From Desulfobacterales bacterium (lineage in GTDB: Bacteria > Desulfobacterota > Desulfobacteria > Desulfobacterales > UBA5616): 64,000 nucleotides of DNA. The DNA lies in the NCBI GenBank assembly GCA_046483495.1, contig JAWODC010000057.1, positions 39,062 through 103,061 on the forward strand, written 5' to 3'. The notes beneath the pieces are model-generated. The model did not search any database. It had not been told where the DNA came from and saw only the letters and a list, made by a program, of their open reading frames with translations. Below are positions 40,061-50,546 of this stretch, piece by piece (position 1 is the stretch's first letter; each line of letters begins with the position of its first letter). A program made the translations under genes and the position numbers.

Positions 40061-40103
40061 GGCCGCCTTGAACGGAATTGAACTCTCTCATTTCCGAATG
40101 GTC
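40061..40103 (+). repeat. 43-bp repeat, copy 2 (upstream of grpE)
   Basis: GGCCGCCTTGAACGGAATTGAACTCTCTCATTTCCGAATGGTC. Confidence 0.8.
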
Positions 40104-40191
40104 GTCAGTTGACGATTTTGAAGCCTTCAAAGAGGCGAAAACATCGCACCACGCCAAAAATGCCGTTTCGTTGCGAACACCGGTTAACGGC

Positions 40192-40219
40192 TTGACAACC
40201 CTTTTTACCGTCTTATGTT
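40192..40219 (+). promoter_or_regulatory. Putative sigma70 promoter of grpE-dnaK
   Basis: TTGACA (40192-40197), 16 bp spacer, TATGTT. Confidence 0.45.
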
Positions 40220-40295
40220 TTGGGGTGTATTTAAAAAAAGTGCCGAGCAACCCGGTATACAATCAATGTAGATATGACGCGAGGTGACAGTGGGT

Positions 40296-40871
40296 ATGAC
40301 GAAAAAACAGGAAAATAACAGCAATATAAACAAAGAAATATCACCTGAAGATACGGCGTCTCAACAGACAAATAATGATGCGGTGTCGGCCAAGGGAACT
40401 GAAGAAGATCTAGAAAAGATGCTCGAGACGGCCGAAAATGAAATCAAGGATACCTATGATCGGTTATTGCGCGTTTCTGCTGAATTCGAAAACTACAAGA
40501 AAAGAGTCAGTCGGGAAACCGATGAATTTAAAAAATATGCCAACGAGGCCCTGATCAGCGCCCTGCTTCCAATTATGGACAACCTCGAAAGGGCAATCGA
40601 TGCATTTCGAGAAAACCACAGTGACCAGGAATCCTTACTGGAAGGTGTTTTACTGACACACGCGGAAATACTGAAAGTACTGGAAAAGTTCGGTGTGGTA
40701 TCCATCGATGCCGCCGGCAAGCCGTTTGACCCGAACTACCATGAGGCGGTAATGCAGGAAACCGCTGAGGATCATCCGGATAATACCGTCATTCGGGAAC
40801 TGCAAAAGGGGTATCTCATGCACAACCGGCTGTTAAGGCCCTCAATGGTCGTAGTTTCCAAAAAAGAATGA
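40296..40871 (+). CDS. grpE: Nucleotide exchange factor GrpE
   Basis: AEFENYKKR, DNLERA, FDPNYHEA and KGY...LRPSMVVV motifs. Confidence 0.95.
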   Translation: MTKKQENNSNINKEISPEDTASQQTNNDAVSAKGTEEDLEKMLETAENEIKDTYDRLLRVSAEFENYKKRVSRETDEFKKYANEALISALLPIMDNLERAIDAFRENHSDQESLLEGVLLTHAEILKVLEKFGVVSIDAAGKPFDPNYHEAVMQETAEDHPDNTVIRELQKGYLMHNRLLRPSMVVVSKKE

Positions 40872-40933
40872 TGGACACGAAAATAAAATGAAGATTTCCG
40901 ACATAATCTGACACTACATGAAGGAGGAGGAAA

Positions 40934-42868
40934 ATGGGCAAAATCATAGGAATCGATCTTGGAACGACAAATTCATGCGTCGCCATTATGGAGGGCGGCG
41001 ATGCCAAAATTATAACCAACACCGAAGGGGGAAGAACCACACCCTCTGTTGTCGCTATCACTGAAAAAGGTGAGCGCCTTGTGGGTCAAATAGCCAAACG
41101 TCAGGCGATTACGAATCCCGAAAACACGGTTTTCGGTGTAAAACGTCTTATCGGGAGAAAATTTTCTTCTCCGGAGGTCCAGCAGGACACCAAAATATTG
41201 CCCTTCAAAATCGAACAGGCGGAAAACGGCGATACGCGCATTTCCATTCGGGGTAAGCAGTTCAGCCCGGCTGAAATCTCATCTTTTATACTGGCAAATA
41301 TCAAAAAAACGGCCGAAGAATACCTAGGGGAAAAGGTTACCGATGCCGTTATCACCGTCCCGGCTTACTTCAACGACAGCCAACGACAGGCCACCAAGGA
41401 TGCCGGCAAGATAGCGGGACTCAATGTGTCCAGAATCATCAATGAACCTACGGCAGCTTCCCTGGCCTACGGACTCGATAAAAAAAGTGAAGAAAAAATT
41501 GCTGTTTTCGACCTTGGAGGGGGAACCTTCGATATCTCTATCCTGGAAATCGGCGAAGGGGTTTTCGAGGTAAAGGCAACCAACGGAGACACTCACCTCG
41601 GGGGTGAAGATTTTGACCTGCGGGTTATCGATTATCTTGCTGACGAATTCAAAAAGGACCAGGGAATCGATCTGAGGAATGATAAAATGGCCTTGCAGCG
41701 GCTCAAGGAGGCAGCTGAAAAAGCCAAGATGGAGCTTTCCTCCTCGATGGAGACGGATGTCAATCTGCCGTTTATTACAGCGGATGCCAGTGGGCCCAAA
41801 CATATGAACATAAAAATCAGCAGGGCCAAACTGGAAGCCTTGGTTTCCGATCTGCTCGACAAACTGGAACAACCCTGCCGGACCGCATTGAAAGATGCGG
41901 GAATAAGCCAAAATGAAATCAATGAAATTATTCTGGTCGGCGGCATGACGCGAATGCCCGCCGTGCAGGATCGCGTGAAAAAGATATTCGAAAAAGAGCC
42001 GAATAGGGGCGTCAATCCGGATGAGGTTGTAGCCATGGGCGCCGCTATACAGGGAGGCGTTTTAAAAGGAGAGGTAAAAGACGTTCTGCTCCTCGACGTG
42101 ACACCATTGTCTTTGGGTATCGAAACGCTTGGCGGCGTCATGACCAAGCTGATCGAAAAAAACACCACGATTCCCACAAAGAAAAGCCAGGTATTTTCAA
42201 CCGCCGCGGACAACCAGCCTGCCGTTTCCATTCATGTGCTGCAGGGAGAGCGGGAAATGGCCGCCAACAATAAAACCCTGGGGCGGTTCGAATTGGTGGG
42301 GATTCCACCGGCGCCACGGGGTATTCCTCAGATCGAGGTCACCTTCGATATCGATGCCAATGGGATCGTAAACGTCTCTGCCAAGGATTTGGCAACCGGC
42401 AAGGAACAGTCCATCCAGATCACGGCATCGAGCGGCCTTTCCCAGGAAGAGATCGACAACCTTGTAAAAGATGCGGAAATGCATGCCGAAGAGGACAAAA
42501 AGAAGAAAGAATTGATTGAAGCACGGAATCATGCGGATGCACTGATCTATTCAACGGAAAAATCCATTAAGGATATCGGTGATAAAGTCGACAGCTCAAC
42601 CAAGGAAAATATTGAAAGTGCCATTTCCGATCTGAAAAAGGCCATGGAGGGGGAAAGTGCGGAGGAGATCAGGCGCCTCAGTGAGGCATTAACCCAGGAA
42701 TCCCACAAACTTGCCGAAGCCATGTATAAAGAAGCCGCTCAAGCGGGGCAGCAGCAGGCCGGTGAAGAGGCCGGTGCAGGCATGGGCGCCCAAGAGGGGG
42801 GTGGTGCGCAGCAAGATGAAGATGTTGTGGATGCGGATTTTGAGGAAGTTAAAGAAGACAACAAGTAG
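40934..42868 (+). CDS. dnaK: Molecular chaperone DnaK
   Basis: [32 protein letters not shown] and terminal DADFEEV motifs. Confidence 0.98.
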   Translation: MGKIIGIDLGTTNSCVAIMEGGDAKIITNTEGGRTTPSVVAITEKGERLVGQIAKRQAITNPENTVFGVKRLIGRKFSSPEVQQDTKILPFKIEQAENGDTRISIRGKQFSPAEISSFILANIKKTAEEYLGEKVTDAVITVPAYFNDSQRQATKDAGKIAGLNVSRIINEPTAASLAYGLDKKSEEKIAVFDLGGGTFDISILEIGEGVFEVKATNGDTHLGGEDFDLRVIDYLADEFKKDQGIDLRNDKMALQRLKEAAEKAKMELSSSMETDVNLPFITADASGPKHMNIKISRAKLEALVSDLLDKLEQPCRTALKDAGISQNEINEIILVGGMTRMPAVQDRVKKIFEKEPNRGVNPDEVVAMGAAIQGGVLKGEVKDVLLLDVTPLSLGIETLGGVMTKLIEKNTTIPTKKSQVFSTAADNQPAVSIHVLQGEREMAANNKTLGRFELVGIPPAPRGIPQIEVTFDIDANGIVNVSAKDLATGKEQSIQITASSGLSQEEIDNLVKDAEMHAEEDKKKKELIEARNHADALIYSTEKSIKDIGDKVDSSTKENIESAISDLKKAMEGESAEEIRRLSEALTQESHKLAEAMYKEAAQAGQQQAGEEAGAGMGAQEGGGAQQDEDVVDADFEEVKEDNK

Positions 42869-42891
42869 TAACCATTGGGCCTTCGAACTCC

Positions 42892-42933
42892 AAACCCGTA
42901 CCGGATTCGGTTTAAACCGGCACGGGTTTTTTT
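42892..42933 (+). terminator. Intrinsic terminator after dnaK
   Basis: AAACCCGTACCGG...CCGGCACGGGTTTTTTT. Confidence 0.75.
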
Positions 42934-42949
42934 ATGTCGCCTCTTTTTT

Positions 42950-43522
42950 TCATAGGATATGGGAGCGGATGGACCAGGTGCTTTCCGGATAAAATCGTTG
43001 AAGCATTATCCAACTTTGTTTTAGATCATCCACTTCATGCGAAGCCAGGTAATTCGACACTCCTTTATAATAGAGCGCCTCAGGCGCTAAACGGCTGGCG
43101 GGATACCTGACAAACACCCAGTCGAAACACTCTCCGGCTTCTTTATAGTTGTTGTTTCGAAGCAGGTAGTGTCCATACCCGCAAAATGCCATCGGGACGA
43201 ATTCTGAAGGCGGGAACCACCCCTCCCGGTGATCGAACAGCGTACCATCCGCGTTTATAACATTCAGATTCGGCGTCCATATCACCTGGTATTTCTTCAA
43301 CAATTCGCCGCCTTCACTGACATTGATCTGAACGGGGATGAAATAGTCATTTAACACATGGGCTACAAACATATCCGGGTACGTCACGGCACCCAACCTG
43401 GCGCACCCGTTTCACCCTTCCTTGAAAAAATCCAAAAAAACCGGTTTGTTTTCGTCCCTGCATTTATCCAGACCTTGTTGGTAGTCCTTAATCCATTGGA
43501 CGGAACTTTCAGGCATTTTCAT
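42950..43522 (-). CDS. Thioredoxin-fold (UxxC) selenoprotein with C-terminal TPR-like region (about 190 aa, U37)
   Basis: ORFs 43412-43633 and 42950-43396 are in one frame, joined as KPVFLDFFKEG-TGA-NGCARLGAVTYP; cis-Pro VIWTP; APEALYYKGV; AGGAG RBS. Confidence 0.85.
43386..43410 (-). promoter_or_regulatory. Candidate SECIS hairpin of the UxxC gene
   Basis: Minus strand ACG-ggt-GCGCC-[AGGTTG]-GGTGC-CGT directly after the TGA. Confidence 0.5.
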
Positions 43523-43770
43523 TTTTTCTCTCCTTTTCGGTTGAAGTTTTAAACCGAATGGGCATTCACGTATTCGACCAAGCCCTTTGCTATATGTCTC
43601 ATCATGAATTGCCCCCGGATGTTTTTGTCGCATATAAGGTCAATGCTGAATTCCAAATGCTCATTGCATGTATTTTCGTCTGTTTGCGCCTGCAATTCTC
43701 CGAATAAAGAACACATCAGAAATTGCTTTTAAGAACACGGCATGGCGATACGAACCCCAGAAATGCCGAT

Positions 43771-44004
43771 TCAGACGGATTCCATCGATTCGATATCTTG
43801 CAGGCATCTTTTGTACATGCCTGTTTTACCGCCTTCAAGAACCTTCAATGTGAAAATGTCGTCCGATTCCTCCGTTCGGTCGAAAATCGGAATTCCGACA
43901 TAACGATTCGGGTCTCCGCAGAATTTAATGGCATAAGGATCACCGCGCTGAGTATTCTGCACAATCGTTTCATAAAATTTTTCCGGGGGGATCTCTTTTG
44001 ACAT
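43771..44004 (-). CDS. Small hypothetical protein (77 aa)
   Basis: Strong AAGGAGG RBS upstream of the ATG. Confidence 0.65.
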   Translation of the reverse strand: MSKEIPPEKFYETIVQNTQRGDPYAIKFCGDPNRYVGIPIFDRTEESDDIFTLKVLEGGKTGMYKRCLQDIESMESV

Positions 44005-44240
44005 AATAACCTCCTTGTTTTGTAATCCTAATTTTTTTTTACGGCACCGGCAATACGGTCCATTATGTATTTGGACTCAGCAGCGGATGATATACAGGTC
44101 TGGTCTGTTGTCAACTTCAGGCGAAGACAACAGCACCAAACCAACAGTCAAGATAACCCTTGTAAAGGTAATGATACAGGATTTAACCCATGGTAAAATT
44201 TAAAAAATTCTAAATAATAATATCGTCGGTTTAATGGGGT

Positions 44241-44281
44241 GCGCCATGCAAAGGCGTAAATCGGCCGCCTTTGCATGGCGC
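44241..44281. repeat. Perfect 16-bp inverted repeat
   Basis: GCGCCATGCAAAGGCG, 9-nt loop, CGCCTTTGCATGGCGC; no T-tract. Confidence 0.85.
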
Positions 44282-44484
44282 TAAACATTCTGCCTGCTCG
44301 TATGCATTTTTTCCTGCATTGATTCTACAATCCTTGTCCGGCGATCACAGGCGGTTTTCGTGCCTGCGGCCGACAGCTTCCGGCCGTCCTGAATATTCAA
44401 CATGCGGCATTCTTATGAATGGTTGATTTTGCCGTTGACATATGGCAAGAAGATGAATCTAATTTGGGGGTATATGATTATAAC

Positions 44485-45396
44485 ATGATGTCATCGAAAG
44501 AAACGCCTTCAGTTGTGATGCAAAGAACGCTTGCCGGGTCGGTGAAATGCGCAGGGGTCGGGCTGCATTCGGGCAAAACCGTTCATATGACGATCCGCCC
44601 GGCGCCGGAAAATCATGGGATTACTTTCAAACGGATTGATTTGCCCGATGTTCCGGGCATCAAGGCTCTTTTCAAAATGGTCGTGGATACGAGTTTGGCG
44701 ACCGTGATCGGATCGGATGGCGCCATAGTCTCAACAATCGAACACCTCATGGCCGGTTTTGCCGGTATGGGCATCGATAATGCCATTGTGGAGCTGGACG
44801 CCCATGAAGTTCCGGTAATGGACGGCAGTGCCGGGCCCTTTGCCCGCTTAATCGGGAAAGCGGGAACGTGTATTCAGAAGGCACCGCGATATGGATTTAT
44901 TATAAATGAACCCATTGAAATCTCAAAAGACGGAAAATTTGTCGGCGTTTATCCGTCCAATCGGTTCAAGATCTCCTGCACCATCGATTTCGCACACCCG
45001 GTTATCCAAAAACAGTCCTATTCGGTAACGGTCTGCGAAAAATCTTTTGCCAATGAGGTCTGCAATGCCCGTACATTCGGGTTTTTACACGAACTCGAAC
45101 TTATGAAAGCCCATGGTTTAGCCCAAGGCGGTTCGCTGGAAAACGCGGTGGTTCTTGACGAAAATTCCGTGCTCAATGAGGAGGGACTTCGATTTGCCGA
45201 CGAATTCGTCCGTCATAAGATTCTCGACTGCATTGGTGATTTCTCTCTCTTGGGAATTCCGCTTTTAGGTCATGTTGTCGCCGAAAAATCCGGCCATGCG
45301 TTCAATCATGAGTTTTTAAAGCACTTTTTCGAAGCTACGCACGCTTGGGAAACCGGCATTGTGATTGACGACAGCCTGCAAAATTCCGAATTATAG
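44485..45396 (+). CDS. lpxC: UDP-3-O-acyl-N-acetylglucosamine deacetylase (start uncertain)
   Basis: QRTL, GVGLHSG, TIEHLM, ARTFGF, HKILDCIGD and SGH motifs. Confidence 0.95.
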   Translation: MMSSKETPSVVMQRTLAGSVKCAGVGLHSGKTVHMTIRPAPENHGITFKRIDLPDVPGIKALFKMVVDTSLATVIGSDGAIVSTIEHLMAGFAGMGIDNAIVELDAHEVPVMDGSAGPFARLIGKAGTCIQKAPRYGFIINEPIEISKDGKFVGVYPSNRFKISCTIDFAHPVIQKQSYSVTVCEKSFANEVCNARTFGFLHELELMKAHGLAQGGSLENAVVLDENSVLNEEGLRFADEFVRHKILDCIGDFSLLGIPLLGHVVAEKSGHAFNHEFLKHFFEATHAWETGIVIDDSLQNSEL

Positions 45397-45640
45397 AAAA
45401 TTACTTGCCATTTCAAATATTATCCATTAAAAAAATTAATAATTTATATAAAAAAAGCATGATGGCACACAACTGTTGCGAGAGCTTTGACTTCGTCTTT
45501 TCGGCACATGCCGCCAAGGTTTACACCGTTTTACGACACATTCGCCGAAAGGCCGAATGAACAGCAGTGCCGGCAAACGCAGCAGTTCGCATTAAAGCCG
45601 CCGCACGTAACCATATAAAGGGAATCGATCGACTATCTAA

Positions 45641-46213
45641 ATGAAAAAAGACCGAATGAGATCCCTGGCGATCATCGGGATGATTTTTATACTGCTGATT
45701 TTTCCACACCCGTCAGGAGGACAGGAAGCCGGGCTGGCAAATATTATCGTCACCAATACAAGAGATGATCTGCTTATTTACTTGAATGTAGAGGGGGCGT
45801 TTCAGGAGAAAATGAACAGCGCCGTCGCCAGCGGAGTATCCATCACCTTTTCCTTCTTTATCAATTTATATCGGGTGAGAAACTTGTGGCTCGATAAAAA
45901 AATAGAAGAATTGAAGCTCACCCACACACTGAAATACGACAGCTTAAGAAACGAATACGTCATTACACGTTCTTGGGACAACGGCAAACCCGTTACTACC
46001 GATTCTTTTGAAGAAGCCAAAAAGACCATGGTGGAAATCGACAGCGTTGCCATAACGCCGCTGAAAAAGCTGAAAAAAGGGGATCAATATCAGATTCGGG
46101 CAAAAGCTGAACTGAGCAAAAAAACCCTGCCGTTTCATTTGCATCATGTATTCTTTTTCATTTCCCTGTGGGATTTCGAAACCGATTGGTATACCATTGA
46201 TTTTGTGTATTAA
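45641..46213 (+). CDS. DUF4390-like exported protein
   Basis: Signal peptide; WDFETDW C-terminal motif; located upstream of an ntrY-like kinase. Confidence 0.7.
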   Translation: MKKDRMRSLAIIGMIFILLIFPHPSGGQEAGLANIIVTNTRDDLLIYLNVEGAFQEKMNSAVASGVSITFSFFINLYRVRNLWLDKKIEELKLTHTLKYDSLRNEYVITRSWDNGKPVTTDSFEEAKKTMVEIDSVAITPLKKLKKGDQYQIRAKAELSKKTLPFHLHHVFFFISLWDFETDWYTIDFVY

Positions 46214-46278
46214 CCTGCATCGGCGTTCTCGGGTATTTAAAAACATTACGTAACCGATCCGACCGGTTTAGTTGCATC

Positions 46279-48513
46279 ATGTCAAGTAATCGTCCGACAT
46301 CATTGTCATCACAGCATTATGAACACGAAAAAACCAAGCGCAAACGCGAGCGCTTTATCATCCTCGCCATCATTCTCCTCGTCGTCCTTTTGACTTATGC
46401 GGAAAATCGCATTATCTATTTCGGTGCCGATTTTCCCGTCTCCAATACGGTTTTAATGTTTACGCTGATCAATATCAACCTCCTTCTGTTGATCTTGCTG
46501 ATTTTTCTGGTATTCAGAAATCTTGTCAAACTGTTCTACGACCGCAAGCGGGATATTATCGGTGCAAAACTGAAGACCAAGCTGGTGGTCTCGTTTATTA
46601 CCCTGACGCTTCTGCCGGCGATTATCCTTTTTTTCTTTTCCATTAATTTCATCACCAACAGCATTGCCTTCTGGTTTACTGTTCCAGTTGAACAGGCCCT
46701 TGAGAATTCGCTGTCGGTCGGGCGCGATATTTATCGGCACGTGGAGGATAACAGCCGGTTTTTCTTGGAAAGAATCTCATATCAGATTACCAGCAAACGA
46801 TTAGCCTCCCCATCGCAAACGAACGCCCTGACGAATTATATCCGAGTGGTTCAACGGGAATTCAATATTCCCGGGGTGGAGGTTTACGATATCAACTCGA
46901 ACCGCATCACCTATGCGGCGGCTGATCAAATCCCGAACGAGGTGTTCGATATTCTGGCAGCGGATGACCTTCAAAAAGCTGTCGGAACAGGAAAAATTAA
47001 GACCGTCTCGCAAAAAATACCCGACGGTGAACTGATCCGCACGATCGGTACAGTCCCTTATAACGTGTCCAACGGCGCTGTCGAAGCCCTGGTGGTGCTC
47101 TCTTATTTGATTCCGCCGGAAATGAGCGAAAGGATGGAATCCATTTCAAGAGGATTTGAAGGGTATCAACAGATTAAATTACTGAAAAGCCCGATTCAGA
47201 GCAGTTATTATATCGCCCTTTCCATCGTTGCACTGCTGGTGGTCTTTTGTGCCATCTGGTTCGGATTTTCTCTGGCCAAATCCATAAGCCTCCCGATTAT
47301 GGACCTGGCCAACGGAACGAGACGAGTGGCGGAAGGGGATCTAAGCTTCAGCATCGATATCCGGGCGGATGATGAGATCGGAACACTGGTGGATTCGTTT
47401 AACAAAATGACCCGTGACCTAAGGGCCAGTCGGGAGCAAATCGAATTAAACAACCGAATGCTGCAAGAACAGAACGCCGAAATCGAGGGACGCAAAAACT
47501 ATATCGAGGTTGTTCTAAAAAATGTCTCTGCAGGTGTAATCACACTGGAGGCGGACGGACGGATTACCACCATCAATAAATCCGCTGAGAAAATGCTGCA
47601 GTTAAAGGCCGAACGCCTCCTGGACAAAAATTATCGAAGCCTTTCCAATGAGCAGGAATCAAGTTTTTTCAATGTTATCATGGACCAGTTTCAGCGCCAA
47701 AATCGTGATGACGTGGAAATTCCACTGAAGTTGACAATCGAAGGCAGGCCGCGAAGTTTCTGGGTCCACATTAATGCGTTAAAAGATGAATCCGGCCGTC
47801 GAATGGGAATCGTGATGGTTTTCAATGATCTGACGGATCTGGAAAAAGCCCAGCGTATGCTGGCATGGCGTGAGGTGGCCAAACGAATCGCCCATGAGGT
47901 GAAAAACCCGCTGACACCGATAACCCTCTCCGCCCAGCGGTTGAAGCGCAAATTCGCTGATCGCATCGACGACCGCGTCTTCGATGAGTGCACCCAGGTC
48001 ATTATCAACCACGTTGAACTGATCCGTAATCTTGTCAATGAATTTGCTATATTCGCCCGATTCCCTTTTGCGGACCCCGAGCCTTCAGACCTTGTGTCCA
48101 TTATCGAGGAAAGCGTCGCCCTTTTCAGAGAAGGGCATCGAGGAATTGAATTTACGGTTCTCCGGGAAAATGATATTCCTTTGTTGAATCTCGATCCGCA
48201 GCAGATGAAGCAGGCCATGATAAATCTGATTGACAATGCCGTTTATGCCGTAAAAAATGAAGGCCGCATCACCATTACCATGACCCATGATTCAATCCTG
48301 AAAATGGTGCGCCTGGAGGTGACCGACGACGGTGTAGGCATTTCGGATGTGGAAAAAACACGGCTGTTCGAACCTGACTTTTCAACCAAAAAAACGGGAA
48401 TGGGATTGGGATTGACCATCGTTCATAATATTATATTGGACCACAACGGCAGAATCAGCGCCCATGACAACCATCCGCGAGGCGCGAAGTTCGTTATTGA
48501 ACTGCCGGTTTAA
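46279..48513 (+). CDS. NtrY-like HAMP/PAS sensor histidine kinase
   Basis: TM helices, HAMP and PAS domains; AWREVAKRIAHEVKNPLTPI; NLIDNA; DDGVG; GMGLGL. Confidence 0.9.
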   Translation: MSSNRPTSLSSQHYEHEKTKRKRERFIILAIILLVVLLTYAENRIIYFGADFPVSNTVLMFTLININLLLLILLIFLVFRNLVKLFYDRKRDIIGAKLKTKLVVSFITLTLLPAIILFFFSINFITNSIAFWFTVPVEQALENSLSVGRDIYRHVEDNSRFFLERISYQITSKRLASPSQTNALTNYIRVVQREFNIPGVEVYDINSNRITYAAADQIPNEVFDILAADDLQKAVGTGKIKTVSQKIPDGELIRTIGTVPYNVSNGAVEALVVLSYLIPPEMSERMESISRGFEGYQQIKLLKSPIQSSYYIALSIVALLVVFCAIWFGFSLAKSISLPIMDLANGTRRVAEGDLSFSIDIRADDEIGTLVDSFNKMTRDLRASREQIELNNRMLQEQNAEIEGRKNYIEVVLKNVSAGVITLEADGRITTINKSAEKMLQLKAERLLDKNYRSLSNEQESSFFNVIMDQFQRQNRDDVEIPLKLTIEGRPRSFWVHINALKDESGRRMGIVMVFNDLTDLEKAQRMLAWREVAKRIAHEVKNPLTPITLSAQRLKRKFADRIDDRVFDECTQVIINHVELIRNLVNEFAIFARFPFADPEPSDLVSIIEESVALFREGHRGIEFTVLRENDIPLLNLDPQQMKQAMINLIDNAVYAVKNEGRITITMTHDSILKMVRLEVTDDGVGISDVEKTRLFEPDFSTKKTGMGLGLTIVHNIILDHNGRISAHDNHPRGAKFVIELPV

Positions 48514-48579
48514 TACGCCGGCACAAGCAGCTTGAAAAAATGAAACGCCACATGATCTTTAGCACCGAAAAGGATAGAT

Positions 48580-49920
48580 ATGTTCCCTTCCATACTGATT
48601 GTCGATGATGAACCCTCGATTCTGCAGTCCTTGAGCGGGATACTTGCGGACGAGGGTTTCGAATCCTACACCGCTTCCAACGGATACGAGGCGCTGAAGC
48701 GGATAGAAGAGGAATCGCCCGATCTGGTGCTCCTGGATATCTGGATGCCCGGCCTGGACGGCATCGAGACGCTGAAGGAGATCAAAAGACGAAACCCGCA
48801 TATACAAGTGGTTATCATTACAGGACACGGCAACATTGAAACGGCGGTAAAAGCCGTTAAAATGGGGGCTTTCGATTTGATCGAAAAACCGTTGTCCATC
48901 GATAAAATTATGGTCACGATCAACAATTCCTTGAATTTTAGAAGGCTGGAGGAAGAAAACCGTTATCTTCGAAGAAAAGCGTTGGAAAAGAATTCATTGA
49001 CCGGAAACAGCCCCAATATACAGACCATAAAAAATTTAATCGGTGTTTCCGCTCCAACCGACAAATGGATTTTTATTACCGGTGAAAACGGCACCGGAAA
49101 AGAGTTGGCGGCCAGAACGATTCATCATTTAAGCCCGCGAGCGGATTCTCCCCTCATCGACATCAATTGCGCCGCTTTGTCGGAGGAACTCATGTCACTC
49201 GAATTGTTCGGTACCGAAAAAGGTTCGGAAAACGGGACCCGAAAAAAAATCGGAAAACTCGAACTTGCTGATGATGGTACTCTTTTTTTCGATGAGATAT
49301 GTGATATGAGCCTGCATATTCAAGGAAAACTCTTGCGGGTATTTCAGGAAAAAAAATTTGAAAGAACCGGCGGAAGCCGTTCTATCGATATGAAAGCCAG
49401 GATTATTGCTTCGACCAATAAAGATATCGAACACGAAATAAAAGAAGGCCGGTTCAGAGAGGACTTGTACTATCGATTAAACGAGATACCGATTCATATC
49501 CCGCCTTTGCGGGAAAGAATCGAAGATATTCCGCTTTTGGTGGAAACGTTCTTATCACAAGCAAACCAAAAATACCAAAAAAGCATTTTTTTTACCGCCG
49601 AAGCCCTGAAACGGATGTCGGATTATTCATGGCCGGGGAATGTTCGGGAATTGAAAACGTTCGTGGAACGGCTTGTGATCATTATGGAAAAAGATGCTAT
49701 TGACGAATCGGACGTTTTGTCTCTATATAATTCCGAAAACCAGGATACATCCGGTGCCGAATTGAATCGCTATTTTTCCATAAATGATTTGCGGTCAGCC
49801 AAAAAAGCGTTTGTAAAGGACTATATTCAATTGAAAATGGCTGAGCATGACCACGACGTTAAAAGAACGGCAAAAGCCATAGGCGTCAAACCGGACTATG
49901 TAAAAAAATTCAGGCCGTGA
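48580..49920 (+). CDS. NtrX-like response regulator (REC-AAA+-HTH) with degenerate GAFTGA loop
   Basis: IVDDE, LLDIWMP, GENGTGKE, FFDEI, FREDLYYRL and WPGNVREL; loop reads EKGSENGT. Confidence 0.88.
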   Translation: MFPSILIVDDEPSILQSLSGILADEGFESYTASNGYEALKRIEEESPDLVLLDIWMPGLDGIETLKEIKRRNPHIQVVIITGHGNIETAVKAVKMGAFDLIEKPLSIDKIMVTINNSLNFRRLEEENRYLRRKALEKNSLTGNSPNIQTIKNLIGVSAPTDKWIFITGENGTGKELAARTIHHLSPRADSPLIDINCAALSEELMSLELFGTEKGSENGTRKKIGKLELADDGTLFFDEICDMSLHIQGKLLRVFQEKKFERTGGSRSIDMKARIIASTNKDIEHEIKEGRFREDLYYRLNEIPIHIPPLRERIEDIPLLVETFLSQANQKYQKSIFFTAEALKRMSDYSWPGNVRELKTFVERLVIIMEKDAIDESDVLSLYNSENQDTSGAELNRYFSINDLRSAKKAFVKDYIQLKMAEHDHDVKRTAKAIGVKPDYVKKFRP

Positions 49921-49926
49921 ATATCC

Positions 49927-50538
49927 GTGGCGAAAATGGGGTTACGCATTATCAGTGGCCGGTTAAGGGGCAGAAAAATTCAAACCCCGCCGGGCCTTCA
50001 TACCCGTCCGACGGCCGACCGCTTAAGAGAATCCATATTCAATATTTTGGGAGAACGTGTTGAAAATGCCTGCGTATTGGATCTGTACGCCGGATCGGGA
50101 GCACTCGGAATAGAGGCGCTGAGTCGTGGGGCTCGGTTTGCCGTGTTTATCGATAATGACAAAAAAGCACTGGACATTATCGGCAGCAATATCCGCTCAT
50201 GCGCTCTGGAAGGTCGGTCAACATCCATTCTTTGGGATATTCGTAGAAATTTAAAATGCATCCAGGCAATCCCGGAAGATTTCGATATGGTGTTCATGGA
50301 CCCGCCATATCGGGATGGGGCAGTATTCATCACACTGAAAAATCTCGTCAAAACACAAAAACCGGCAATGAATGCCATCATTGTTGCGGAACATGCCGCC
50401 GGGGAATCGATCTTTCTGTGCCGGAGCGTTCAGAATGCTGCGCATTTCCCGGGTTTATCGATCATGGATCAAAGGACATACGGCAACACGACGGTTACTT
50501 TTTTGGAATATGAAAAACGGAATGCGCGAAAGGATTGA
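49927..50538 (+). CDS. rsmD: 16S rRNA m2G966 methyltransferase
   Basis: RIISG, RPT..RLRESIFN, DLYAGSGALGIEALSRG and DPPY motifs. Confidence 0.92.
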   Translation: MAKMGLRIISGRLRGRKIQTPPGLHTRPTADRLRESIFNILGERVENACVLDLYAGSGALGIEALSRGARFAVFIDNDKKALDIIGSNIRSCALEGRSTSILWDIRRNLKCIQAIPEDFDMVFMDPPYRDGAVFITLKNLVKTQKPAMNAIIVAEHAAGESIFLCRSVQNAAHFPGLSIMDQRTYGNTTVTFLEYEKRNARKD

Positions 50539-50546
50539 ATCGGTAT

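Noticed and set aside
40104..40295. CIRCE or HAIR heat-shock operator upstream of grpE
   Set aside because: Neither TTAGCACTC-N9-GAGTGCTAA nor CTTGAGT-N7-ACTCAAG is visible.
43729..43773. Possible UGA read-through of the 77-aa hypothetical protein
   Set aside because: No redox-motif context or convincing hairpin after the TGA; treated as a normal stop.
45463..45480. Possible sigma54 promoter TGGCAC...TTGC upstream of the DUF4390-ntrYX operon
   Set aside because: Spacer is 7 nt rather than the required 5, which breaks the -24/-12 geometry.
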